A stretch of 64,000 nucleotides of DNA. Source: Candidatus Peribacteria bacterium. Its GTDB lineage: Bacteria; Patescibacteriota; Gracilibacteria; UBA1369; UBA12463. Shown here one piece after another: positions 46,771 to 55,538 of the stretch. The DNA is taken from contig CALREA010000003.1 of the NCBI GenBank assembly GCA_943355055.1, forward strand, positions 11,343-75,342, given 5' to 3'. The notes beneath the pieces were generated by a model. That model did no database searches. It worked only from the letters and a program-made list of their open reading frames with translations, and was not told the origin of the DNA. Every line of letters begins with the position of its first letter. The first letter of the stretch is position 1. Made by a program: the position numbers and the translations under genes.

Positions 46771-48816
46771 CTAGTCGTTGATGTACACGGCCTCGAGCTT
46801 GTCGAGTTTAGCTTTGAGGAGAGGAAAATTTGAGAGATTTGAGTCGTTTTCTATGAGCTTGATGGCGTATTGGCGGGCTTTGGAGATGGTGTGAGCGTCG
46901 GTGAGGGAGGCCATTTTGAGGTCTGGAATGCCGGATTGGCGTACGCCGTAGAGTTCGCCGGGACCACGCATCTCGAGATCGATCTCGGCGAGGGCGAAGC
47001 CACTGTGGTATTTGACCATAGCCGATAGGCGTTTAGTTGAGGTCTGGGATTCTTTATTGGTAAAAAGAAAGCAGTAGGATTGATGGTCGCTGCGTCCTAC
47101 GCGGCCGCGGAATTGGTGGAGCTGAGAAAGACCGAATCGTTCGGCTCCTTCAATAATCATAATAGTTGCATTTGGGACGTCGATGCCGACCTCGATGACC
47201 GATGTGGAGACGAGAAGGTGAATTTCATTATTTGAGAATCTTCCCATGATGTCATCTTTTTCTTCCTGTTTCATTTTGCCATGGAGGAATTCTACTTTCA
47301 GTTCGGGGAAGATGTGATTACTCAGTTCCTCGTAGGCTTCTGCTACGGAGCGGGCTTCTATTGTATCTGATTCGTCGATGAGTGGGCAGACTACGAATAC
47401 TTGTCGTCCTTTTTGTACCTGCTCACGTATCCAATTGTAGGCATCCTTACGCTTCTTTTCAGGTACGATGTGTGTTTCGATTGGTTTGCGACCTGGCGGG
47501 AGTTCGTCGATGACGGAAAGGTCTTGATCGCCGTAGAGGGTCATGGCGAGGGTGCGAGGGATGGGCGTTGCGGAGAGCGAGAGGAGGTGCGGACCGCCGT
47601 GGGATTTGAGCGTATCGCGCTGCTTCACTCCAAATCGATGCTGTTCGTCAATGATGGCGAGGCCGAGTTTTTTGAATCCGACGGCTTCCTGAATGAGGGA
47701 GTGGGTTCCAACCACTAGATCGCATGTACCTGTTTTGAGTTGAAGGATGATTTCTTCCTTTTGTTTTGTGGGTGTTGAGCCTAATACTTGCTGAATATTG
47801 ATACCGTACTGTACAAAAAATTTATACAATGTTTTATAGTGTTGTTTTGTGAGGATTTCTGTCGGTGCCATGATGGCTACTTGGTGTCCGTTTTTGATCA
47901 TAGAGAGGGCGGCGAGTCCGGCGATAACGGTTTTTCCGGAGCCAACATCTCCCTGAACTAATCGTGACATGGGGATGTCTTTTTCCAGGTCGTCGATGAT
48001 CTCGGTGAGGACTTTTGCTTGAGCATCAGTGAGCTGAAACGGGAGATTGCCGAGCATCTCCTGGAGGTATTCTTTGTTGATGCCAATCTTCTTGATCTTG
48101 CTCGCATCTGAGTGTTGCCAGAGCCACTTTTTGTGAATAGCCTTGAGCTGGAGGAGGAAGAGCTCATCGAAGGAGAGTCTCTTCTTGGCTGCCTCCAAAT
48201 CCTCTACCGTGTGCGGATAGTGCGCGAACTCAATCGCCTCTTTCAATGGAATGAGTTTTTCTTTTTCGCGAATTGGTTCCGGCAGGTAATCCTCTATTTG
48301 TTTCAAAAATTCATTCAGCACCGGTCGCATTTTTTCTCGAATCCATTTTGAATTAAGGCCTTCTGTCTCATGATATATTGGCACGATACGTCCGGTGTGG
48401 AGCTGCTCTTCTCGCTTATGCTCAACCGTCGGACTCGCAATTCCCAGTTTGCGCATATTCAATTTTGCCTTACCGCTCACAAAAACATGCATGCCAGATT
48501 TGAATTGATGCATGATGAATTTCTGATTAAACCAGACAAGCTCGATTCCGCCCGTGTCATCCGTAAGGAGGGCTTTGGTGAACTGACGGCCACCGGGAAG
48601 TTTTTTGGAGAAGAAGTTAGAGAGGGTGCCGGAAAAGGTTTGCAACTCCCCTTCTTTGGCATCGGAGATGGGAGTGATGCCTGAAGAATCCGTATAGGCA
48701 CGCGGAAAATAGTAGATGAAGTCCTCTACCGTCTTTACTCCAACACTTTGAAGGAGTTGTAGATGTTGAGTGTTGGTACCGAGGATGGATTTGAGAGGAG
48801 AGGAAAGAGTGTGCAT
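46771..48816 (-). CDS. recG: ATP-dependent DNA helicase RecG
   Basis: Wedge/OB N-terminus, LVQGDVGSGKT, IIDEQHRFGV, SATPIPRT and QLHQFRGRVGR. Confidence 0.96.
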   Translation of the reverse strand: MHTLSSPLKSILGTNTQHLQLLQSVGVKTVEDFIYYFPRAYTDSSGITPISDAKEGELQTFSGTLSNFFSKKLPGGRQFTKALLTDDTGGIELVWFNQKFIMHQFKSGMHVFVSGKAKLNMRKLGIASPTVEHKREEQLHTGRIVPIYHETEGLNSKWIREKMRPVLNEFLKQIEDYLPEPIREKEKLIPLKEAIEFAHYPHTVEDLEAAKKRLSFDELFLLQLKAIHKKWLWQHSDASKIKKIGINKEYLQEMLGNLPFQLTDAQAKVLTEIIDDLEKDIPMSRLVQGDVGSGKTVIAGLAALSMIKNGHQVAIMAPTEILTKQHYKTLYKFFVQYGINIQQVLGSTPTKQKEEIILQLKTGTCDLVVGTHSLIQEAVGFKKLGLAIIDEQHRFGVKQRDTLKSHGGPHLLSLSATPIPRTLAMTLYGDQDLSVIDELPPGRKPIETHIVPEKKRKDAYNWIREQVQKGRQVFVVCPLIDESDTIEARSVAEAYEELSNHIFPELKVEFLHGKMKQEEKDDIMGRFSNNEIHLLVSTSVIEVGIDVPNATIMIIEGAERFGLSQLHQFRGRVGRSDHQSYCFLFTNKESQTSTKRLSAMVKYHSGFALAEIDLEMRGPGELYGVRQSGIPDLKMASLTDAHTISKARQYAIKLIENDSNLSNFPLLKAKLDKLEAVYIND

Positions 48817-48824
48817 GATAGAAA

Positions 48825-49124
48825 TTATGTTGTGATCTCTACTTCCTTTCTTAAGCCATCAAGTAAAATTTGAAAATTATCAAGAAAGCCATGATTTCCT
48901 AAAATTATGTTCGGTTGTGATTCTGCAAAATATACTTCATCATCCCATTTAATACTTCTGAAGCCATTTTGATCTAATATATGACTGATTTTAATTTTGG
49001 ATGGATATACGATTATGCCTTTTGTGAGTATAAAATTTTTCCCATTTCTGAATAAGATACGGACAAGTGGACGATATATGTTTTTACCGTTACCGATTTC
49101 AAATTTTGAATATGCAAATTTCAT
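48825..49124 (-). CDS. hypothetical protein (99 aa), possibly a degenerate retropepsin-like fold lacking D-T/S-G
   Basis: AT-rich ORF whose start lies 3 nt after the stop of the upstream 53-aa ORF. The layout RPLVRILFRNGKNF...IILGNHGFLDNFQILLDG resembles small clan-AA proteases, but no DTG/DSG is present. Confidence 0.45.
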   Translation of the reverse strand: MKFAYSKFEIGNGKNIYRPLVRILFRNGKNFILTKGIIVYPSKIKISHILDQNGFRSIKWDDEVYFAESQPNIILGNHGFLDNFQILLDGLRKEVEITT

Positions 49125-49127
49125 TAT

Positions 49128-49289
49128 TTATCCGACAATATATCCCTTTGGAATTAATGCAAATGCAACTTTTCGCATATCCTCCTTCTTAACCTTTTCT
49201 CGTAATTTTGAAAATATTTTATCAGATGCGATAATTTTTTCATTTTTTTCTGCCACCCACTTGCCAGCATATTTTGCTTCGTATCTCAT
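49128..49289 (-). CDS. 53-aa protein, DUF5678-like (below the ORF-track length cut-off)
   Basis: Hand translation of the minus strand gives MRYEAKYAGKWVAEKNEKIIASDKIFSKLREKVKKEDMRKVAFALIPKGYIVG*. The KYAGKWVA...IP pattern matches my recollection of DUF5678. Confidence 0.45.
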   Translation of the reverse strand: MRYEAKYAGKWVAEKNEKIIASDKIFSKLREKVKKEDMRKVAFALIPKGYIVG

Positions 49290-49385
49290 AGAAAATTTAT
49301 AAGAGGTTTTATTGTAGCTCCTTGTTGCGTGAATGTCGAATTTTTAGTGTCATCAATTTGTGGCAACACGCAAGGCAAGCAATCT

Positions 49386-49538
49386 TTAGTGCTTCTGTGG
49401 CTGCTTGATTTTGCTGGCTTTTTTCATACCTAACTTTGTCGCCTTTTTGGCTAGATATATCCCTTCTTTGTACTCGACGATTCGTTCTTTTTTTACGGCT
49501 TTGGTGGCTGCTTTTGAAAGCACTTTTTTTGAGGTCAT
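49386..49538 (-). CDS. possible 50-aa lysine-rich protein
   Basis: Hand translation gives MTSKKVLSKAATKAVKKERIVEYKEGIYLAKKATKLGMKKASKIKQPQKH*. There is no motif, so it may be non-coding. Confidence 0.25.
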   Translation of the reverse strand: MTSKKVLSKAATKAVKKERIVEYKEGIYLAKKATKLGMKKASKIKQPQKH

Positions 49539-49604
49539 AATAGCTTATTGTTAATTATGAGTTCATGCTACTCCATTATTAATTTTTTGGCTAGTTTGAG
49601 GGCT

Positions 49605-50048
49605 TCATGTTTTCATCGTCATGAATTGTCTGTCGTTGTTCTTGAATCCAAGTTTTTCGTAGATACTTGCAGCCCGAGTATTGTGTTTTTCAACTTCGAG
49701 ATAAAGCATTTTTATCTTCAGTTTCTTACTTTTCCTTATGATGTATTTTAGCGTTTCTGTTCCGATGCCTTGATTTCGATATTTTGCATTTATGTAGACT
49801 TCGTCGATGTATGCGCATTGTCCTTTGTGCTCAAAACTGAAACAAAATGTTAGTATTATGTATCCAATTAATTTTTTATTGATTTCAACTACCCAGATAT
49901 TTCCAAGATGTGAGTTTTTTAAAAAAAACTTGAGGTTTTTTGTGGTAATTTTTTTATTGAATGGATAGTTGTCGAGTTTATTAAAATCCCTCATCATTTC
50001 GATAAGTTCCTCTGTATTTTTTTCTGAAAAAGCTTTGATTTTGATCAT
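49605..50048 (-). CDS. GNAT-family N-acetyltransferase
   Basis: Motif A YRNQGIGTETLKYII and C-terminal AASIYEKLGF. Confidence 0.85.
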   Translation of the reverse strand: MIKIKAFSEKNTEELIEMMRDFNKLDNYPFNKKITTKNLKFFLKNSHLGNIWVVEINKKLIGYIILTFCFSFEHKGQCAYIDEVYINAKYRNQGIGTETLKYIIRKSKKLKIKMLYLEVEKHNTRAASIYEKLGFKNNDRQFMTMKT

Positions 50049-50080
50049 GTTGTTCCTCTGAGTAATATCGTATTCACTTA

Positions 50081-51271
50081 TTACACAAGTTTATAAAATC
50101 CCCTCTTTCCGATCTGCAAAATTGAATCTCCCGTAATATTGATGGTGCTCATGAAATCTTCGATTTTTTCGCCGTTGTATTTGACGGCGCCGCCTTGGAT
50201 GAGGCGGCGGGCTTCACCTTTGGAGGGGCAGGCTTTGAGCTCGATCATGATGTCAACGATGTTCATGTTGGTGTCAGAGAGTTTAACTTCCGGAATTTCA
50301 TCGGGAAGTTCTTTTTTGGAAAAAACTTGGATGAAGTGTTCTTCGGTTTCTGTTGCGGCTGCCGCGGAGTGATAGATTGTGACGATTTCGCGGGCGAGGC
50401 GCATTTTGAGGTTGCGCGGATTTTCGCCGGAGAGAAGTTGTTTGTTGATATCGTTTATCTCGTTGACAGAGAGATTCGTCGTGAGTTCGAAATAACGAAC
50501 GATCAAGTTGTCGGGAATTGACATGGTCTTGCCGTACATGTCCTTCGGATCTTCATTGATGCCGATGTAGTTGCCGGTGGTTTTACCCATTTTCTTCACG
50601 CCGTCGGTGCCTTCGAGAATAGGGACGGTGAGGACGCACTGGGGAGTTTGACCGTAAGAGCGTTGGATTTCGCGGCCGGCCAGGAGATTGAAAGTCTGGT
50701 CTGTACCGCCGAGCTCGACGTCAGCCTGAATGGCGACGGAGTCGTAACCCTGCATGAGTGGATACATGAATTCGTGAACGTATATTGGCGCCTTGGCCTT
50801 GAGGCGGTCTTGAAACATGTCGCGCTCCATCATCTGCTGTACGGTGAAGACGGAGGCGAGGCGAGTGACATCGGAGAATGTCAGCTTGCCGAGCCAGTCA
50901 GCGTTCCAGACGACTTCGATTTTTTCAGTGTCGAGAACTTTTGAGGCTTGAGCGAGATAATGTTTCGCATTTTCTTCGAGCTCGACTTGCGTCTTGAGAG
51001 GGCGTGCCTCGGCTTTGCCTGATGGATCTCCTATCTGTCCGGTGAAGTTACCAAAGAGGAGAACGGCGGTGTGGCCGGCATCCTGGAACTGTCGCATCTT
51101 GCGAAGTGGTACCATGTGTCCAAGGTGGAGATCTGCTCCTGTTGGATCGATTCCTAGCTTGACTCGTAATTTTTTGCCTGATTTGAGCTTTTCTTCCAGC
51201 TCTTTGCGGACGATAACGTCGGCGACTCCTTTGTCGAGGATGGCCGAGATAATTTCTTTTGTATCTTTCAT
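50081..51271 (-). CDS. tyrS: tyrosyl-tRNA synthetase
   Basis: GIDPTGADLHLGH (HIGH), KMGKT (KMSKS) and a C-terminal S4-like domain. Confidence 0.96.
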   Translation of the reverse strand: MKDTKEIISAILDKGVADVIVRKELEEKLKSGKKLRVKLGIDPTGADLHLGHMVPLRKMRQFQDAGHTAVLLFGNFTGQIGDPSGKAEARPLKTQVELEENAKHYLAQASKVLDTEKIEVVWNADWLGKLTFSDVTRLASVFTVQQMMERDMFQDRLKAKAPIYVHEFMYPLMQGYDSVAIQADVELGGTDQTFNLLAGREIQRSYGQTPQCVLTVPILEGTDGVKKMGKTTGNYIGINEDPKDMYGKTMSIPDNLIVRYFELTTNLSVNEINDINKQLLSGENPRNLKMRLAREIVTIYHSAAAATETEEHFIQVFSKKELPDEIPEVKLSDTNMNIVDIMIELKACPSKGEARRLIQGGAVKYNGEKIEDFMSTINITGDSILQIGKRGFYKLV

Positions 51272-51433
51272 GAGACTATTTTACTGGTGTTTCAAAGCTG
51301 TGGCAAGCAGAGTGGTCGTTGAGCTTGCGGGGTGTTGTCCATTCCTGATGACACTTATTTTGCTGTTTTGTGGCTTATTCATTGACGAAGGCGGCTTTTC
51401 AGGAGTATTACTGTTTTCCTTTTATTTTATAGT

Positions 51434-52216
51434 ATGATTGAACAATCGCTGGTTCACTTGGGTCTTCGAGATAAGGAAGTGCTGGTTTTTGTTACGTTAG
51501 CTCGGTTAGGTTCTCAGCCGGCGAGTATTATTGCCCAGCGATCTGAGCTGAATCGTGCGACAACCTATGCTATCTTAGAATCACTTATGCAACGTGGATT
51601 TGTTTCAAAAATAGTAAGCAATAATGTTCAGTCCTTTTCCGCCATTACCCCTCATAAAATTTTGGAGCTGATGAAGGTGAAAAAGTTCGAGATCGAGAGG
51701 CAGGAACGCCACTTGCATTCCGTTATGCCCTCACTGATGGGTATGATGACTCCGCACCCTACTGCTCCAAAAGTAACGTATTTCGAAGGTGAAGAAGGTG
51801 TAAAAAATGTCATGGAAGAAACATTGAAGTCTACGGAGACGTTACTTTGTTATTGTCCTTTAGAAAAATGGCTCGAAGGTCCTCTGGCCTATTATATTCG
51901 TGATTATGTCTATCGACGTACGCAGATTGTAAAAATTCCAAATAGGGTTTTGGAATCGGATACTATTCAGAGTCGTGCGTTTTTCTACATGGAATCTCCT
52001 CCTGAATTTACCGAGCATCGATTTATTCCTCAAAATGTAGTATTTAGTCATAGTGAAGTGAATATTTTTGATAATAAAGTAGCTATGGTTTCTCTGCTTC
52101 CCGGTCATATGTTTGGGGTCATTATCGAATCTCAGGAAATTGCTGACACTCAGAAGGTAATTTTTGAGCTTGCATGGATGGCTGCTGAGAATTCTTCTCG
52201 AAAGAAGGCTATGTAA
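51434..52216 (+). CDS. TrmB-family transcriptional regulator
   Basis: N-terminal winged HTH LGLRDKEVLVFVTLARLGSQPASIIAQRSELNRATTYAILESLMQRGFV plus a TrmB-like C-terminal domain. Confidence 0.8.
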   Translation: MIEQSLVHLGLRDKEVLVFVTLARLGSQPASIIAQRSELNRATTYAILESLMQRGFVSKIVSNNVQSFSAITPHKILELMKVKKFEIERQERHLHSVMPSLMGMMTPHPTAPKVTYFEGEEGVKNVMEETLKSTETLLCYCPLEKWLEGPLAYYIRDYVYRRTQIVKIPNRVLESDTIQSRAFFYMESPPEFTEHRFIPQNVVFSHSEVNIFDNKVAMVSLLPGHMFGVIIESQEIADTQKVIFELAWMAAENSSRKKAM

Positions 52217-52246
52217 TGGGTAATTTATGTGATATAGTTGCCCTAT

Positions 52247-52981
52247 ATGTCACATACACCTGTAGAAATTTTGTTTGAAAATGATGATGTTGTCTTGGTA
52301 CATAAACCTTATGGAATCGTCGTTCATCCTGGAAATGGAGTAGGAATGGAGGGTACTTTGGCTGGAGATATGCTTAAACTCTATCCGGATTTGCCCCTTA
52401 CCAATGGTGAAGAAAGACCAGGGGTGGTTCATCGTTTAGACAAGGATACTTCAGGAGTCCTCATGTTTGCCAAGACGGAAGAGGCTTTGAATTTCTATAT
52501 AGAGCAGTGGAAGAAAAAGAAGGTTGATAAGACATATTATGCTTTGGTTAGTGGGATATTGGAGCCGAGATCGGGTACGATCGAGGCGCCGGTGCATCGC
52601 GATCGAAACAACCGTAAGCGAATGGCTTCCGATATGAGTGTTGGAAAAATGGCCATCACTCACTATGAGGTGGTTGAGTATTTCCCCGGACGACGATTTG
52701 GAACATCCCTTTTGAGAATTAATATTGAGACGGGCAGAACGCATCAGATTCGCGTACATATGGCAGCCATTGGTCATCCGGTCGTTGGAGACACGGTTTA
52801 TGGTAGAAGACAGATCAACGGCTTTTTCGCGAAAGAACGTGGTTTGGACCGACAGTTTCTTCATGCTACTGCCCTGAAATTTCCTCTTATGAAGGCTCGC
52901 AAGAGACACGAGGTAGAATCTAAAATACCTCCTGAGTTGCAGAAGGTATTGGATGTTTTGAGAGATAAGAAGACGGATTAA
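52247..52981 (+). CDS. RluA-family pseudouridine synthase (no S4 domain)
   Basis: VVHRLDKDTSGVLMFAK catalytic Asp motif, GRTHQIRVH and LHA. Confidence 0.92.
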   Translation: MSHTPVEILFENDDVVLVHKPYGIVVHPGNGVGMEGTLAGDMLKLYPDLPLTNGEERPGVVHRLDKDTSGVLMFAKTEEALNFYIEQWKKKKVDKTYYALVSGILEPRSGTIEAPVHRDRNNRKRMASDMSVGKMAITHYEVVEYFPGRRFGTSLLRINIETGRTHQIRVHMAAIGHPVVGDTVYGRRQINGFFAKERGLDRQFLHATALKFPLMKARKRHEVESKIPPELQKVLDVLRDKKTD

Positions 52982-52988
52982 TTCGAGC

Positions 52989-53300
52989 TTATGCCGTAAT
53001 GCTAAGAACCTCGATCGTGGTTAGGTTCTGTCTGTGTCCTTTGTTACGTGTATAACGCTTCTTGGCGTTCTTCTTGAATACGCGTACTTTGTCGTCCTTG
53101 AATTGTTCGAGAACTTTACACTCAACGACAGGTCCCATAACGTATGGTTCACCGATTTTGACATCAGCGCCATCAGCTAAAAGCATTACCGTCTTGAATG
53201 ATACATTTGTTCCTTCCTCGGCATCGAGCTTCTGGACATCGAACTTTGATCCCTTCTCTACTTTGAATTGCTGACCTGCGATTTCTACAACTGCAAACAT
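52989..53300 (-). CDS. rplU: 50S ribosomal protein L21
   Basis: MFAVVEIAGQQFKV start and KKRYTRNKGHRQ. Confidence 0.95.
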   Translation of the reverse strand: MFAVVEIAGQQFKVEKGSKFDVQKLDAEEGTNVSFKTVMLLADGADVKIGEPYVMGPVVECKVLEQFKDDKVRVFKKNAKKRYTRNKGHRQNLTTIEVLSITA

Positions 53301-53367
53301 AATAATGTGTGTTAAAGCGCGTGGATATTACGTGATAATTTGCTTGAGCGCAAGTGTTTTTTCGAGT

Positions 53368-53949
53368 CTAATTGTACTTGTTCATAGCTGAATCCATTCC
53401 ATCTTTCAAAGCTAGGGTGATGGCTTTTGCTCCGTTTTGGATGCCGATATCTATGAAGGGCTTTTCTTTGGTTGTGAATTTGCGAAGCACGAAGTCGCTG
53501 GTGTTCATCTGCTCAGGAACGCCGAACTCCTCTCCCCTGCTCTCAATACCGATACGGAGGCGCGGGAAGGTTTTTGAGGGGTAGAGTTCTTGAATAGATT
53601 TCATGCCGTTATGCGTACCTGCAGAGCCGTCTTTGCGAAGTCTGATCTTTCCGAGAGGAAGGTCGAGGTCATCGTAGCAAATCCAGAGATTTTCGGGTTC
53701 GATTTTGTAATAATTGGCGACTTGAACAACCGCCTCTCCGGAGAGATTCATGAAAGTGGTTGGCTTAGCGAGAATAACTTTTTTTGAATTAAACTCTCCT
53801 TTTGAGATAAATGCCTTGAGAGATTTTTCTTCTTTCCAATCAGAAGTGCCCCAGTTTTTCTGGAGTTCTTCTACGAGTGCGAAGCCCGCGTTGTGACGTG
53901 AGCCTTCATATTCTTTGCCGACATTGCCGAGTCCGACAATGACAATCAT
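53368..53949 (-). CDS. pth: peptidyl-tRNA hydrolase
   Basis: MIVIVGLGNVGKEYEGSRHNAGF, PTTFMNLSG, DDLDLPLGKIRLR and GSAGTHNG. The longer ORF (to 54330) overlaps obg and is rejected. Confidence 0.93.
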   Translation of the reverse strand: MIVIVGLGNVGKEYEGSRHNAGFALVEELQKNWGTSDWKEEKSLKAFISKGEFNSKKVILAKPTTFMNLSGEAVVQVANYYKIEPENLWICYDDLDLPLGKIRLRKDGSAGTHNGMKSIQELYPSKTFPRLRIGIESRGEEFGVPEQMNTSDFVLRKFTTKEKPFIDIGIQNGAKAITLALKDGMDSAMNKYN

Positions 53950-53963
53950 TGATTGGCTTGTGC

Positions 53964-55340
53964 CTACTTTTTGATTTTTTTCCATGTGGTTGCCTTGATA
54001 AATGGAATCTCTTTTTCTGCGATAACAACGATATCGTTTTCCGCAGCACCTTCCTTGGTAAGTGCCTGCTGGATGCCCATTTTCTTGAGATAGTGACGGA
54101 TACGTGTCATGCCATGCGGCGTGTTGATATCGGTCATATTTACAAGCTGCTCGATGCGTTTTCCTACCACGTCGTAGTACTTCTGCCTGTTGAGTTTTTT
54201 TACGTACTTGATGGTGAAGTTTTTCGTATTCTCCAGGTGTGGACGGAAGATTTTGTGAGCGGCCTGCGGTTCGATCTTCTTTTCTTTTTCTGCTTCCAAT
54301 TTCTTTTCTTCTAATTTGAGCACTCTCCAAACTTCTTTCATAAGTTCGTCGGTACCGTCGTTGATTTCTGCGGAGATGAAGAATACATTTTTTACTTTCA
54401 ATTTTTTCTGGATTTCCTTGAGGAAGTCTTCTTGGTCTTCTGGTGGGATCAGGTCACGCTTGTTTACGGCGATGATTTGGGGTTTCTTTGCGAGGTTTTT
54501 GTCGAACTTTTTGAGCTCGTTGTTGATGACTTTGTACGATGTTGGAATATCTGTGTCACTCGCGTCGATCACGTGGATCAGGATCTTCGTGCGCTGAACG
54601 TGTTTGAGAAACTCATGGCCGAGGCCTTTTCCCTCGTGGGCACCCTCGATAAGTCCCGGAATATCAGCCAAAACGAAGGAAGCATCTTTTTCTTTTAAGA
54701 GTCTTTCTAGCGAGACAACGCCGAGGTTTGGGCTGAGGGTTGTGAAGTGGTAAGCGGCGATTTTTGGCTTTGCGTTCGATACACGGGCGATGAGCGTGGA
54801 TTTTCCAGCGGATGGGAGTCCTATAATTCCGATATCCGCAATTAGCTTGAGTTCAACTATTACCTCTATTTCCTCTCCGTTCTCTCCAATTTCTGCGAGT
54901 TTTGGGGCTTGGAAGCGGCTACTGACGAAGTGTTTGTTTCCATAACCGCCACGACCACCCTTGGCTACAAGATAGGTATCGCCTTCGTTTACCAAATCGG
55001 CTAGAATCTGTTTCTTGTCCTCGGTGAGAATTTGTGTTCCTGTGGGAACGTCTATATACAGTGTTTCTCCATCGGCTCCATGTCGGTCAACATCTCCTCC
55101 ATTTCCTCCATTTTCAGCTTTGAATTTCTTGATATGACCCAGGTTCGAGAGTGTTCTCATGTTTTCACGTGCACGGAATATAACGTTTCCACCTCTTCCG
55201 CCATCGCCACCGTCCGGACCACCTCGTGGTACAAATTTCTCTCGTCGAAAGCTGACGAGTCCTCCTCCTCCTTTTCCTCCTATGCATCGTAATTGTACTT
55301 CATCGCAAATCATATCGTTTGGGGTTTCTTGTTTGATCAA
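53964..55340 (-). CDS. obg: GTPase Obg/CgtA with C-terminal OCT-like domain
   Basis: Gly-rich Obg fold GGKGGGGLVSFRREKFVPRGGPDGGDGGRGG, and G1-G4 motifs GLPSAGKST, DIPGLIEGA and NKRD. Confidence 0.96.
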   Translation of the reverse strand: MIKQETPNDMICDEVQLRCIGGKGGGGLVSFRREKFVPRGGPDGGDGGRGGNVIFRARENMRTLSNLGHIKKFKAENGGNGGDVDRHGADGETLYIDVPTGTQILTEDKKQILADLVNEGDTYLVAKGGRGGYGNKHFVSSRFQAPKLAEIGENGEEIEVIVELKLIADIGIIGLPSAGKSTLIARVSNAKPKIAAYHFTTLSPNLGVVSLERLLKEKDASFVLADIPGLIEGAHEGKGLGHEFLKHVQRTKILIHVIDASDTDIPTSYKVINNELKKFDKNLAKKPQIIAVNKRDLIPPEDQEDFLKEIQKKLKVKNVFFISAEINDGTDELMKEVWRVLKLEEKKLEAEKEKKIEPQAAHKIFRPHLENTKNFTIKYVKKLNRQKYYDVVGKRIEQLVNMTDINTPHGMTRIRHYLKKMGIQQALTKEGAAENDIVVIAEKEIPFIKATTWKKIKK

Positions 55341-55444
55341 TAAGCCGGCCTATTGTAACGCAATTTTTACCCTTTGGGAAGCCCCGTTTTGGATTGTTTT
55401 GTTTTTTCTTCCGTTCTTGGATATACTTCCCTAGCTTCAGGCGT

Positions 55445-55530
55445 GCCGGAGTGGCGGAATGGCAGACGCGCTCGACTCAAAATCGAGTACTCGCAAGGGT
55501 GTGTGGGTTCAAGTCCCACCCCCGGCACCA
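55445..55530 (+). tRNA. tRNA-Leu(CAA), class II, CCA encoded
   Basis: Acceptor stem GCCGGAG/CCCCGGC with one A-C mismatch. Anticodon stem CTCGA/TCGAG with loop CTCAAAA. T-arm GTGGGTTCAAGTCCCAC. Confidence 0.9.
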
Positions 55531-55538
55531 ATGAAAAT

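Noticed and set aside
53950-54330. 127-aa N-terminal extension of the pth ORF
   Set aside because: The extension is Arg/Lys/Gln-rich and lies entirely inside the obg coding region in another frame. A canonical Pth N-terminus (MIVIVGLGN) begins at 53949.
52989-55340. Gene order obg-pth-rplU without rpmA (L27) after rplU
   Set aside because: Absence of rpmA from this window does not show that it is absent from the genome. It is likely just a rearranged location.
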